The position numbers and the translations under genes are program-made. The notes under the pieces are model-generated. The model saw nothing but the letters and a program-made list of their open reading frames with translations. It was not told the DNA's origin and searched no databases. Shown in pieces: positions 8,674 through 18,600 of a stretch of 64,000 nucleotides of DNA (position 1 is the stretch's first letter; the number at the start of each line of letters is the position of its first letter). Origin of the DNA: a virus; IMG/VR virus record IMGVR_UViG_3300020599_000003, positions 64,001 through 128,000 of that record, one strand, 5' to 3'.

Positions 8674-9332
8674 GGTTGGTCTCCGTTTGATAAATCCCAC
8701 TGCTCGACTGCGCCTACATCATTGCCGAACTGCGCATCGAGCTTCAATTTGACGAGCTCACCAGCCTGGGCGAGCTGCACTTCAGACATGTAGCCCTTGA
8801 TTTGGACCTGAGTCTGAACCTTGTAGCCGGACTCTTCCTCGGAAGGGCTGGGACGCTCGCCAGGGACGTTCACCGTGAGATCACCGGTAGCGCCAATCTT
8901 GACGCGCAGCTTGCCAATCTCGATGGCAAACTTGAACAGTCCCATGCGGCAGGCCATCAACCAGCGCTTCGTGTACCAGAGCACAGAGTGATCACCAGCG
9001 GCTGCATTCGTCTCGTAAGTGATGTCCAGGTTGAAGATCACCGGGAGCAGACGGACGTTCACCGCAGTGTTGCCACCAGGACCGACGTTGACTACTAGCC
9101 CCTTGCGCAACAGATAGCGCGGGACATAGTGATCGGCTGACTCAGGGCTTGCTATCGTTGACACCTTGGCATACGCGAAGGGGTAGACTGGTTGGTGTCC
9201 TTCGCGACGCTGCTGTAGAATCTTGATTGCGTCGGTAGTCTGGGCGATGACGAGATCACAGCCGAACGTCTTGTAGTAGCGTTGTTGAAAGCCGTCGAGA
9301 ATACGATCCTCAATGGCGGGTATTCTTTCCAT
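8670..9332 (-). CDS. Putative tail terminator/completion protein
   Basis: 220 aa; function inferred only from its position upstream of the sheath. Confidence 0.45.
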   Translation of the reverse strand: MERIPAIEDRILDGFQQRYYKTFGCDLVIAQTTDAIKILQQRREGHQPVYPFAYAKVSTIASPESADHYVPRYLLRKGLVVNVGPGGNTAVNVRLLPVIFNLDITYETNAAAGDHSVLWYTKRWLMACRMGLFKFAIEIGKLRVKIGATGDLTVNVPGERPSPSEEESGYKVQTQVQIKGYMSEVQLAQAGELVKLKLDAQFGNDVGAVEQWDLSNGDQP

Positions 9333-9347
9333 AGCGGCTCCTATACG

Positions 9348-9385
9348 AAAAACGGGGTTGCAGAGGTCATCCCCCGCAACCCCGT
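9348..9385 (-). terminator. Rho-independent terminator after head operon
   Basis: Minus strand ACGGGGTTGC-GGGGGATGACCTCT-GCAACCCCGT followed by a T run. Confidence 0.8.
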
Positions 9386-9432
9386 CTGTCAGGAGGTCAA
9401 GCCAGAAGTCGAACCCCTGACGGAGCCTAGGC

Positions 9433-10020
9433 TCACTTGCGGCGCTGCGGCTTGACCACGACGCGGCTGGCCTGTATCGGCTTCTTGACCGGCTTGGCCT
9501 TGACGCCAGTCAGTCGGGCGATGACCGAGGCGAACTCGTTGGCTTCCTCTTCCATCGGCTCGACGTCCTCTTCCACTTCGACATCCTCGTCGAGGTCCAG
9601 GTCGTCGACATCCACATCGTCGACATCGGCTTCTTCGAGGATCTCTTCCGGCGAAGTGTCCTCCAGATGCTCGAGACCGTCGGTCGGATCGGCTTCGGCG
9701 TTGATGTCGTCACCGTTCAGCAGGCGGTCGATTTCCTCGTCGGACATTTCGTCCGAAGGGGCTTCCGCTTCAGCACGCAGACGAGCCGCCGTCATGGCTC
9801 GCAGGCCATAGGCGTTGGTGGCATCCAGCGTCTGGATCGCAGCGGTGATGCTGGGGTCCTTGACGGCCTGGAAGAAGGCGCGAGCGGCAACCGCCACGCG
9901 ACCTTGACGAGCCAGCTCTGCAGCCAGCGCCATGCAGTCCAGAGCGCGATTGTACGTCGCCAGGACCTTAGGGGCCTTCACTTGCGTGGAGGCTACGGTC
10001 TTTTGGGGTTTCTTGATCAT
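9433..10020 (-). CDS. Acidic head-associated protein
   Basis: 195 aa; basic ends and a long D/E-rich core; immediately downstream of the capsid gene. Confidence 0.7.
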   Translation of the reverse strand: MIKKPQKTVASTQVKAPKVLATYNRALDCMALAAELARQGRVAVAARAFFQAVKDPSITAAIQTLDATNAYGLRAMTAARLRAEAEAPSDEMSDEEIDRLLNGDDINAEADPTDGLEHLEDTSPEEILEEADVDDVDVDDLDLDEDVEVEEDVEPMEEEANEFASVIARLTGVKAKPVKKPIQASRVVVKPQRRK

Positions 10021-10056
10021 GTGCGTTCTCCGATAGGGTGAGAAGACTGCTAAGAG

Positions 10057-10080
10057 GGTTGAGGCCTTCGGGCCTCAACC
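10057..10080 (-). terminator. Strong hairpin immediately downstream of major capsid gene (attenuator/stability element)
   Basis: GGTTGAGGCC-TTCG-GGCCTCAACC perfect 10-bp stem; weak U tail. Confidence 0.6.
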
Positions 10081-10096
10081 ACATCCTAACGGGTCG

Positions 10097-11173
10097 TCAC
10101 ACACGAATGCCCTTCGCCACGCTTCGGGTGTTGGCGATCATCGACGCCCAGCTCTGGGTGAGAACCCACCCACGACCCGGAATACCTTCGGTTTCGATGC
10201 CGATCGGCGCCGATTGCAGCGAGTCGCGGTCGGCGTAGGCACCGTGGTTCACGGCGTCGGACACGACGTACATTTCGCCTGCGTTCAGCACGCGATGCTG
10301 TTCGTGGCGGTAGGCGTCGGAGGTCACGGTCATGCCCCACATCGTGGCGAGCTCACCGGTCAGCAGCAGTTCGTGACGCGCGATGGGCGACAGGGCGCTG
10401 TGGAACTCGGTGTTGCCGATGATGTCTTCGTACAGGTCGGCAGCGATCAGGAAGTGCGGAGCCTTCAGACCCCATTGGGTCACGTTGACGCGCAGGCTGG
10501 CGACAGAGTAGGGGGTCAGCTGACCCGACACGACCAGCAGAGGGTTGCCGTCCTGGGTGCCAGCGGCGGCGTCGGCTTGACGCTTCCACAGACGGTCTTC
10601 CGTCACCATGAAGGCTTCGGTGGCTTCCGTGTACTTCTCGCCGAGGGGGTCACCGGGCGACTGGTTCAGGTCGTTTTGGGTGATGTACGGACGGGCGACC
10701 AGCACCATTTCCGCCGGGGTGTAGAAGTTGTCCTTCACCACCTGAGTATCGACGCGGCCGGGGGCGGTCGAGACGACGGCGACGGTGTCCTTCTTGTACA
10801 TCTTGAAGCGGACGATCGAGCCTTGGGCAGGGTTCGTCTTGGCCAGGAACTTACGGGCGAAGCCCTGACGGTTCTGGGTGATGTACAGGGCGTCGGTCAG
10901 GCGTTCGCCGACCAGCTTGTGATAGCCCTTGTCCGCGAAGACCGCAGCGATCAGTTGCTTGTTCGATTCTTCCTTGGCGCGGATCTCTTCGGCCGTGGCG
11001 ATCAGGCCCGAAGCCGCAGCTTCCAGGAACTTCTTCTGCTGGAGCAGCAAGTCCTGCTTGGACGAGGCGTTCAACTCGCCGTTACGGCCGACGGCCAGCT
11101 CACCACCCGGGGTGAAGCGGTAGTCCGTCGCGACCACGGGATGCGCGGAGGCGCGAATCTTGGTTGCTTTCAT
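10097..11173 (-). CDS. Major capsid protein (HK97 fold)
   Basis: 358 aa with strongly biased codons; follows protease, scaffold and decoration genes; QGFARKFL and GELATMWGMTV segments typical of HK97-fold capsids. Confidence 0.85.
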   Translation of the reverse strand: MKATKIRASAHPVVATDYRFTPGGELAVGRNGELNASSKQDLLLQQKKFLEAAASGLIATAEEIRAKEESNKQLIAAVFADKGYHKLVGERLTDALYITQNRQGFARKFLAKTNPAQGSIVRFKMYKKDTVAVVSTAPGRVDTQVVKDNFYTPAEMVLVARPYITQNDLNQSPGDPLGEKYTEATEAFMVTEDRLWKRQADAAAGTQDGNPLLVVSGQLTPYSVASLRVNVTQWGLKAPHFLIAADLYEDIIGNTEFHSALSPIARHELLLTGELATMWGMTVTSDAYRHEQHRVLNAGEMYVVSDAVNHGAYADRDSLQSAPIGIETEGIPGRGWVLTQSWASMIANTRSVAKGIRV

Positions 11174-11212
11174 GTTGGATGACTCCTGAGTTGATGGATG
11201 TGACCTGGCCGA

Positions 11213-11899
11213 TTAGCTCAGGAAGATGCCGAGGTACGGAACTTGCGAGCTGGGCACGGCGGTGATCGTCGCATTGGCGATGACGTTGCCAGTGCCGTTC
11301 TGGTCAGTGACCTGACCGTTGGGGGCGAGCTTCACCTGCGTGGCAGCCAGCCAGTTGACCGAAGCGTCGAAGGCCGACGTGAAGATCTGACCTTTGCTGA
11401 TGTAGCCGACCTGGTCGACGTAGTTGCCGACATAGCCACCGGGCTGAGCGTTGCCGAACAGCGCAGTGCGCTCGTAGACGGTCAGGGCGTACTTGTAGGT
11501 CACCTGGACGGTGTCGCCAGCGGTCAGGCCGGAGATCACGTTGCCGGTCACCGTCACGCCACCGGTCACGGGCACGGGGGCGGGCGGAACCACCGACATG
11601 TCCATGATGCCGACTTGGCCGGCGATGGGGGTTTTGATCAAGGTGACCTTGCCGTCAGCCGGGACGACGTAGGTTTCGATGGCATTGTGGAAGGGTTCTT
11701 CGAACGCAGCACCGACCGTGTGGGCCAGGGCGAAACCGACAAAGATGTCGGAGGCTTCACCCGTCGAGGGCAGAACGCCTGCCGTCTGGTTGGTGTTGGT
11801 GCGGACGAGGGCTTGACCTTCCTCGGTGATCATGGCACCGGGGGCGACAGCGAACTCACCGCTGATCGGGCCGTGCGTCAAGGGCGCGTAGATGGACAT
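11213..11899 (-). CDS. Capsid decoration/cement protein
   Basis: 228 aa, beta-rich, located between scaffold and MCP. Confidence 0.6.
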   Translation of the reverse strand: MSIYAPLTHGPISGEFAVAPGAMITEEGQALVRTNTNQTAGVLPSTGEASDIFVGFALAHTVGAAFEEPFHNAIETYVVPADGKVTLIKTPIAGQVGIMDMSVVPPAPVPVTGGVTVTGNVISGLTAGDTVQVTYKYALTVYERTALFGNAQPGGYVGNYVDQVGYISKGQIFTSAFDASVNWLAATQVKLAPNGQVTDQNGTGNVIANATITAVPSSQVPYLGIFLS

Positions 11900-11930
11900 G
11901 GAGTATGCTCCTTAATGGTGAATTGCTGGC

Positions 11931-13448
11931 TCAGATGTTGAGGCCGTAGGTGAACAGCGGAGTTTCGCCACGCAAAACCGATTCGGTCAGCGAGGAGGCG
12001 TTGATGCTGGTGGGTGTGGAGGCCGCGCCAGCTTGCAAGGCAGTGACCTTCGCGGGGCGACGCAGCAGGGCTGCGGTGAGACCGGCAGTGACCGGAGACT
12101 GGGAGTCCTCGTCACCGTCGAACTCGTAGCCATCGTCGTCACCGTCTTCCGGGCACTCGTCGTTGGCGACGACGCGACGACGGCTGGTGACCTCGACGAC
12201 GTCTTCCGGAGTGTCGTTGACCAGATCCAGAGCTTCGGCGTAGTCAGCACGAACTTGTTCGCTCATGGCCGACAACTTGTGGGCCAGCGCCAGAGTGTTC
12301 TGGATGTAGCCTTGACCGTACGAAGCGAAGATACGCTGCAACATGCGTTGGGGGTTTTTCATGCCAGCCTGAACCAGTTCCTGCTCCAGAGCGGCACGCA
12401 GGGGGTTCTCGACTTGACTGAAGAAGTTGCGGCTGATGCCGACGGCAGCGATGGCGATCGACTGATCCAGCGCAGCTTGCTTGGCAGCTTGCACCTTGGT
12501 CAGGCGCTTCTCGATGTTGGCGGCTTCCAGCTTGATGGTCTTGGCGACCACCTTCGAGGCCGACAGCGACAAGCGCTCGGTCTTGAAGCCGTTGGCAACC
12601 AGAGCAGCCATCAGACCGTGCTTCTTGGCTTCAGCCAGCAGGAGCTGATGGTAGGCCGGAGCAGCGTAGACGTCGAGGACTTCAGCCTTCTTGGCGGCGG
12701 CTTTGGTCATGGTGGCGACGACCGTGGTGTTCTTCACAGCGCACAGCGTACCAGCGTTCATGACGAAGGCCACGTTCTGGATGGTGTCGTCCACTTGGCG
12801 AATCTCGCCGATGGGCAGCGAGGAGGGGTCTTCCTCGACATCAGCGTCGAGACCGAGTTGGTCGTCCGAACCGCTGTCTTCCGTGGCGATGTCGAGAGCC
12901 TCTTCCTCGGGGGGAGTGGGCAGCTCGTCTTCCTCGTCCTCGGCGTCCCAGTCGATATCACCGTCCTGACCTTCGTCCACGTCGGCTTCGACCATGGACG
13001 GATCGAACACGTTGACTTCGCCGTCACCGAGGGTGTCGACGTTGCCCTCACTGGCGTCGATCTCGGTATCGCCTTGTGCGTTCTCGAGCAGAGTGTCGCT
13101 GTCGTCGGTATCGAGGTAGTCCTGGACCGGATCGACGTCGTTGTCGATAGTCGAGATGTTGTTCGAACCGTCCGTACCAGCCGGATTGTCGATGTCAGCA
13201 GCGGCGATCTTGCGAGCCGATGCCCGGACCGTCTTGGACTTGGTCAAGCCCTTGTTGGTCTTGTCGTGATTGGAGAAGTGCAGGTCTCCACTCTCGTACG
13301 TTTCGGGGTCGATCAGACCGGCCGGCTCCATGGCATTGGTGACGGTCGTGTCCTCGACGTCCAAGATCGACAAGTCTTTGGGCTTCTTGTCGTGGTTCGA
13401 GAAGTGGAGGGTCCCGGCCTTCACCTTACGGAGTTGCTTGATGGCCAT
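11931..13448 (-). CDS. Prohead scaffolding/core protein
   Basis: 505 aa; very acidic N-terminal half and an Ala-rich coiled-coil; lies between protease and MCP. Confidence 0.65.
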   Translation of the reverse strand: MAIKQLRKVKAGTLHFSNHDKKPKDLSILDVEDTTVTNAMEPAGLIDPETYESGDLHFSNHDKTNKGLTKSKTVRASARKIAAADIDNPAGTDGSNNISTIDNDVDPVQDYLDTDDSDTLLENAQGDTEIDASEGNVDTLGDGEVNVFDPSMVEADVDEGQDGDIDWDAEDEEDELPTPPEEEALDIATEDSGSDDQLGLDADVEEDPSSLPIGEIRQVDDTIQNVAFVMNAGTLCAVKNTTVVATMTKAAAKKAEVLDVYAAPAYHQLLLAEAKKHGLMAALVANGFKTERLSLSASKVVAKTIKLEAANIEKRLTKVQAAKQAALDQSIAIAAVGISRNFFSQVENPLRAALEQELVQAGMKNPQRMLQRIFASYGQGYIQNTLALAHKLSAMSEQVRADYAEALDLVNDTPEDVVEVTSRRRVVANDECPEDGDDDGYEFDGDEDSQSPVTAGLTAALLRRPAKVTALQAGAASTPTSINASSLTESVLRGETPLFTYGLNI

Positions 13449-13495
13449 GTTGGTTCCTCTTGAGAAGGGTGTTAGCGTGGTGAGCGCGAACAGTT

Positions 13496-13504
13496 ATAAA
13501 ATTG
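13496..13504 (-). promoter_or_regulatory. Putative phage promoter motif CAATTTTAT
   Basis: Exact copy 48 nt upstream of the scaffold start. Confidence 0.65.
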
Positions 13505-13517
13505 TAAGGTGTGCGAC

Positions 13518-13874
13518 TCAGACTGCTACTGCATCAGAGTCCGTGATGAAGACCAGCTTGAGCTTCTTGGTCTTATCCACTTCGAACGAGAGTTCCCATC
13601 CCAACGAATTCAGGGTTTGGGCTAGTCTGATCATGGACTTGGCATTAATGGCGGGGCAGCGAACACCATTGAGCGTAACCTCTACAGTCTCACGCTGCGT
13701 GAGCCGGTCAGTGCCGCTGACAGGACGACGAGCCATCACGCTGATACCAATCATTTTCAGCATGGATTTAACTGCTGCCGCGTGTTCAGGTGAGACAGAA
13801 TCGGCATCGGCAACTATAGGTTTGCCAGTCAGGGCTGCCAGGATTTGCCTATCAGAGATCATAAGGGTCCTCAA
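13518..13874 (-). CDS. Hypothetical protein
   Basis: 118 aa; TTGA overlap with the protease stop; atypical codons. Confidence 0.55.
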   Translation of the reverse strand: MRTLMISDRQILAALTGKPIVADADSVSPEHAAAVKSMLKMIGISVMARRPVSGTDRLTQRETVEVTLNGVRCPAINAKSMIRLAQTLNSLGWELSFEVDKTKKLKLVFITDSDAVAV

Positions 13875-14665
13875 GATTGAGCAAGATCATACATGAAGTC
13901 CGACTGAGCGGGAACCCAGGCAGGATCTTCAACAGTGGAACACTCGCCGGGCGTGAGCTCGTGAGCGTTGCGGAACAGGAGAGACTCCTGATTCGAGAGT
14001 GGGTCCTTCACGATGTCCCACTCCAGAGGCTTCTTGAGTCGGTAACTGTACCTCGGATCATCGAGGCGGACGCCTGACAGACCGCAGGTGAAGTACTGGC
14101 ACGTAGCTCCCATGGAGTACGTACTGACCTCGCCACGCTGGATGCGACTGACACGATCAACTGCCTTGGTCTTGTCGAAGGCGAGCAGAGCCATGACCAT
14201 CCAGTGGCGACCATTGCCATAGTTCTTGATGCGAACCAGGGATGTATCCAGGATAATGCCCAGAGCTGTCTCGGGGTCGTCCGCCTGATGCTCCTCGTGA
14301 GTAGGGCAGCCTGTCCAAGCCTTGTAGACCAGACGATTGACCGGAGGCTCACGGAACTTAACGAGCTCGTACAGAGGGAAGGCCACGCCGTTGCGGTTGG
14401 GAATGTCCGACGGAATCATCGGCGTGTTCACCACCACGTAGTCTTCGATGTTGCTGCTGATCTTGTACTTCTTGGCAGCGAAGGGGAGCCACTTGTTGTA
14501 GTCCAGAGTCTCCTCCGGATGGGTCGTGGTCGCCCGGATGTGCTTCATGTAGTCGCGACCTTCGGCACCATCGACATCGATAGGCTTCAGACCGCCGACC
14601 ATGCGCTGACTGGTGATCTTCACACCGAAGTTACCCTTCGAGTGAATCTGAATAGAGTGCGACAT
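13871..14665 (-). CDS. Prohead maturation serine protease (HK97/herpes assemblin-like)
   Basis: NRNG, PTHEEH (catalytic His), YSMG (catalytic Ser) and ECSTVEDPA motifs. Confidence 0.75.
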   Translation of the reverse strand: MSHSIQIHSKGNFGVKITSQRMVGGLKPIDVDGAEGRDYMKHIRATTTHPEETLDYNKWLPFAAKKYKISSNIEDYVVVNTPMIPSDIPNRNGVAFPLYELVKFREPPVNRLVYKAWTGCPTHEEHQADDPETALGIILDTSLVRIKNYGNGRHWMVMALLAFDKTKAVDRVSRIQRGEVSTYSMGATCQYFTCGLSGVRLDDPRYSYRLKKPLEWDIVKDPLSNQESLLFRNAHELTPGECSTVEDPAWVPAQSDFMYDLAQS

Positions 14666-14668
14666 AAA

Positions 14669-15070
14669 TCAGCGTCCCAGAATGTAGAATTCGGCCGTGG
14701 TCGTGAACTCAATCTTGATGGCTGTGAAGTTCGGCACAGGAGCTTCGAGGATATCGCCCTCGGCCACCGAAGTCTTCTTGACCCAGATAGAGGGGTCAGC
14801 CGCAGCCGGATCCAGGTTCTTGGCCCGCGCATAGTTGGCGAGTGTGAAGGAGACGTCGACACTGCCACCGATCGCTTGAAAGAGCACGGGGAAGTTGACG
14901 TCCGGGTGCGTCTGGACATCGCTATCCTTCAGCACAAGGACATCCCCAGCCTTGCCGTGTATCTCGACGTGGGCGGAGCTGTCCGAGATGTTGCGCACTC
15001 CAGCACCGAGGGGCTTCTTACCCCAATGTACTCGACGAGCACCGTTGTTACCCAGCAAGACTGCTGTCAT
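14669..15070 (-). CDS. Hypothetical virion protein
   Basis: 133 aa in the head operon. Confidence 0.7.
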   Translation of the reverse strand: MTAVLLGNNGARRVHWGKKPLGAGVRNISDSSAHVEIHGKAGDVLVLKDSDVQTHPDVNFPVLFQAIGGSVDVSFTLANYARAKNLDPAAADPSIWVKKTSVAEGDILEAPVPNFTAIKIEFTTTAEFYILGR

Positions 15071-15090
15071 GATGGCCTCTCTTCAGTGGG

Positions 15091-15510
15091 TTAGACCGTG
15101 GGATCTTCGGCGGGAGCATCTTCGCCACCCTCGTCGGGGGTGTCGGGCGAGTCGCCTTGATCGGAGGTGCCGGTGTCGTCCTGTCCGGAAGTGTCCGAAG
15201 TGTCACCTTCGTCGGGCTGCTCGGCAACCGGATCTTCGGTCTGCTCGGCAGCAGGACCTTCGGGTTGTTCGGCAGCAGGATCTTCATCCGGCTCTTCAGA
15301 GCCACCGTCCAGAGCAGCCTTCAGGTTGGCGGGAATGTTGTCGGGGTAGGCGAGGCCGATCAGAGTCAGTGACGGCAGGACGCCGTAGTACAGCTGAGCG
15401 ATCTCGACGAACTGCTTGATGTCGGAAGCGACCAGACCTTCGACTTCGGAGGGGGTGCCACCCTTGGAGGCGATCAGGGCTTTGACCTTCGCGGCGAGTT
15501 CGGTACTCAT
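15091..15510 (-). CDS. Hypothetical protein with acidic low-complexity tail
   Basis: 139 aa from ATG 15510 (AAGGAG RBS); imperfect 8-aa repeats EDPAAEQP/EGPAAEQT/EDPVAEQP. Confidence 0.7.
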   Translation of the reverse strand: MSTELAAKVKALIASKGGTPSEVEGLVASDIKQFVEIAQLYYGVLPSLTLIGLAYPDNIPANLKAALDGGSEEPDEDPAAEQPEGPAAEQTEDPVAEQPDEGDTSDTSGQDDTGTSDQGDSPDTPDEGGEDAPAEDPTV

Positions 15511-15552
15511 GATGAGCTCCTTAGTGGGTTGTATATCGTGATGCACACGTCC

Positions 15553-15561
15553 ATAAAATTG
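15553..15561 (-). promoter_or_regulatory. Putative phage promoter motif CAATTTTAT
   Basis: Exact copy, intergenic, just after a terminator. Confidence 0.65.
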
Positions 15562-15589
15562 CGTTCAGTGTTGAAACTGGTCAAAGAAT

Positions 15590-15621
15590 AGCCCCTCCGA
15601 GGCGTGAACCTGGGAGGGGCT
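15590..15621 (-). terminator. Terminator after SNF2 helicase gene
   Basis: AGCCCCTCC...GGAGGGGCT stem; near-identical to the reverse complement of the 5049-5086 hairpin. Confidence 0.75.
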
Positions 15622-15627
15622 GGAGGG

Positions 15628-18600
15628 TTACTTCTTGCGAGGTTGATCCATCTCGTGGACGGCTCGTTCATCACTGCGGACCGGGGCCTTCCGCAGAGCC
15701 TTCAGTTCGCGTTCGAGTTCCTTGACGTTGGCGATCTGAACACCCGAGTTCATCAGGTTCTTGACCACCTCCACGGACTTCGGCACGTTGAGCGTCCAGC
15801 ACTGCAAGACGTGAGGCCCGTCGAACCACTTCGTGAGCGGACGACGAAGCTGGATGGCTTTACGAGTACCGAGCTGACCAGTCACCGGCAGAACGATGTA
15901 CATACCGTCGTTCTCGATGAGCGGGAACGGCCGGATGAGGTTGGGATCGTTGCTGGGCTTGAGCTCCAGACGCATGAAGTTCTTCATGGAGTTCTGAGTA
16001 GCGAAGCGGATGAGGCCTCCCGTGCTCAGAGACTTGCCCGACTTCAACATCAACCACATGTTCTTCAGCTGCTCGTTGAGCTCAGGCATCTTCGGATCAA
16101 GCTTCAACCCGTGCTCGGCCCACATCTTCATCTGGTTGAGCAGATGCTTGTGGTTCTTGATCTCCGCATACTTGTATGCAGGAGCAGCACGGAAGCCGAC
16201 GGACTGCAGGGCAGTGACGTTGGGGTCTGCATCCCCCGAGGGGGTGTACTCCAGAGCCAAGAAGCCGTTGATGATGATCGGCCAGATCTCGATGGACAGC
16301 TTCTCTTCAACCGGAGGAGCAACCACCTGACCCTTGCCGAGCTTCGGAACCTTCTGCTCAGCACGACGCTGCGCCTTGGTGCCTGCAATGCCTTCCACGA
16401 CGTGCAGAGGCATCTTGAGATGGTCTGCGATGGACCGACGCACCCCACCCTTCAGACGCTTGTTCATAATGAACACCGTGGAGAAGCGTTGCGTGGCCTT
16501 GACGCCCTCGTTGGTCACGTAGGTGACGGTGTTGGGGCCAATCTTGACGATCTTACCTTCACCGTTCTGCGTGTGGATCATAGCACCCTTCACGAGCGTG
16601 TTGGCCTCGGCAACCCACGCGGCCGACTGAGCTTGGAGGTCGTCCTCATCAGTCGAGTCGTCCAGCTCACTCTCTTCGGAGATCTTAATGTTCTCGTTCA
16701 GGAAGTGGTCCAGACGCACAAGGCCGAGCTGATCCTTGTAGGGCAGATCGTAGCCGGGGATGTACGGAGTCTGCTCCAGTATGGCCGCGTCCTCGGGATC
16801 GGGGGCGTGTTCGACAGGCTCCAGCGTCAGGCGGTTCTCGCCCTTGTAGCGCTCGCGGTACTCCTTATAGTCAGCATCGCGGATGTACTTGTAGTCCGAG
16901 TAGCCCTCGTAGAACTGCTTGACCTGAGGGTCGTGGATCGACTTGTACTCGTTGAGGTTGTCGAACTTCATGGAGATCACCGGCAGGTCAGGGAGCTGGC
17001 CGTACTTCGGATCATCCGAGTTGTCGTACTTGCTGACCGACAGCAGCTTGGAGTAGATGCGGCACATCTTCGTGATGTCTACAGTGCCATCCAGCAGGAC
17101 CGTGTCATAGTAGATGTGGTCGCGCTGCTCCACCTTCTTCAACTGAGGGCGACCGATGCGACTGTCGCCTTGCTCCAGAGTGCCAGGGTTCCACACCAAA
17201 CCGTCGCGGATGAGGCGGGATGCAGACTGTAGGTTGAGGCCAGTGTCCATGGATGCTGACACACCGACCATGCCGATGGTCCCCTCAGCCTCGAACTTCG
17301 CCATCGCCTCGGTTTTCTTCGCAGCCGTGTACAGCACGAAGCGCGACTTGATGTCCGGAGGCAGGGCATCGTAGATCTCCTGGGCAGACCATGTGTAGTT
17401 GGTGAACACGATGATCTTGCCTGGGATCCCCTGGCTGATGTGCTCCCGGATGAGTTCGATGATCTTGGTGATCTTCGGGCTGATGAGGTCCGGACCGGAG
17501 AGATTGGCCTTACCCCAGTCGTCCCGACCCATAGCCGTGCAGAAACGCTCCACGCGGGCGAGGTACTTCTTGAGCAGTTGCTCCATGGAGTCCGCCGAGA
17601 TATCGTCATCGGCAGCTTCCTCACCTTCATCCTCGACCTTCTCACCCTTCTGCTTGGAGAGCCACTTCTGCAGGAGCGGGTTGGACTTGGCCTTCTCCTC
17701 GATCTCCTCCATCACGTCGTTGACCAGAGCGTCGTAAGCCTTCGCTTGGTTCTCGGACATGCTGACCACGTGGAGTCGCTCGATTGCCGGAGGCAAAAGA
17801 GCAGCCCATTCCTTGCGGTAGGCACGGGCCTCCACCATGTTGCGCTTGATCTCGGCCTTGATCTCAGCTTCCGCGCCCGGACGCCACGTCTTCACGCGGC
17901 CACCAGCGAGCTCCAGGCCGTAGCGTTCGTTGAACTCCTCGCGAGTGCCGAACATCGTCGGATCGATGAGGGAGAGCTGCGATGCCAAGTCGGACACCGA
18001 GTCGTGAGCGAACGTGCCGGAGGCCAACCGCTTGTACGGGATGTCGAGGATCAGACGCTGCACGGCCTCGGTACGAGCCGACATGCGACGCAGATAGTGC
18101 GCTTCGTCGCAAGCCACGTACTGGAAGTCGAACTGCTTGAGGAACTCGATGATGTGGTAGACGTTGACGGGAGTCGTACCATACACCACGCGATCCGTGG
18201 CGATGCGCGAGCAGACATCGTAGTCCACGATCACGACCGTGTTACGCGGAGCTGTCTGGATGATGCGGGTCAGACGCTCCAGGCCGTTGGAGTTGCACGA
18301 CGCCGTGTTGATCGGCACCGGGTTCAGCTTGCCGCCCGTGAAGAAGGCGATCTCGCTGATGTACTGCGCGACCAGATGGCTCGGGCACATGATCAAGTAC
18401 GGGAAGCCCTTACGAGCCTTCACGAACTTGAGGATGTCCATGATGATGATCGGGGTCTTGCCGCCACCAGCCTGCACCGGCAGCAGAGCCGCGTGCGGGA
18501 AGTTGCGCATCTGGTTGCGGATGCGAGCTTGATGGGGGAGTTGGCCCAGCGATTCACCAGCCAGCGGCAGGGACTCGCCTTTCCATTCCGGGTCGGGGCG

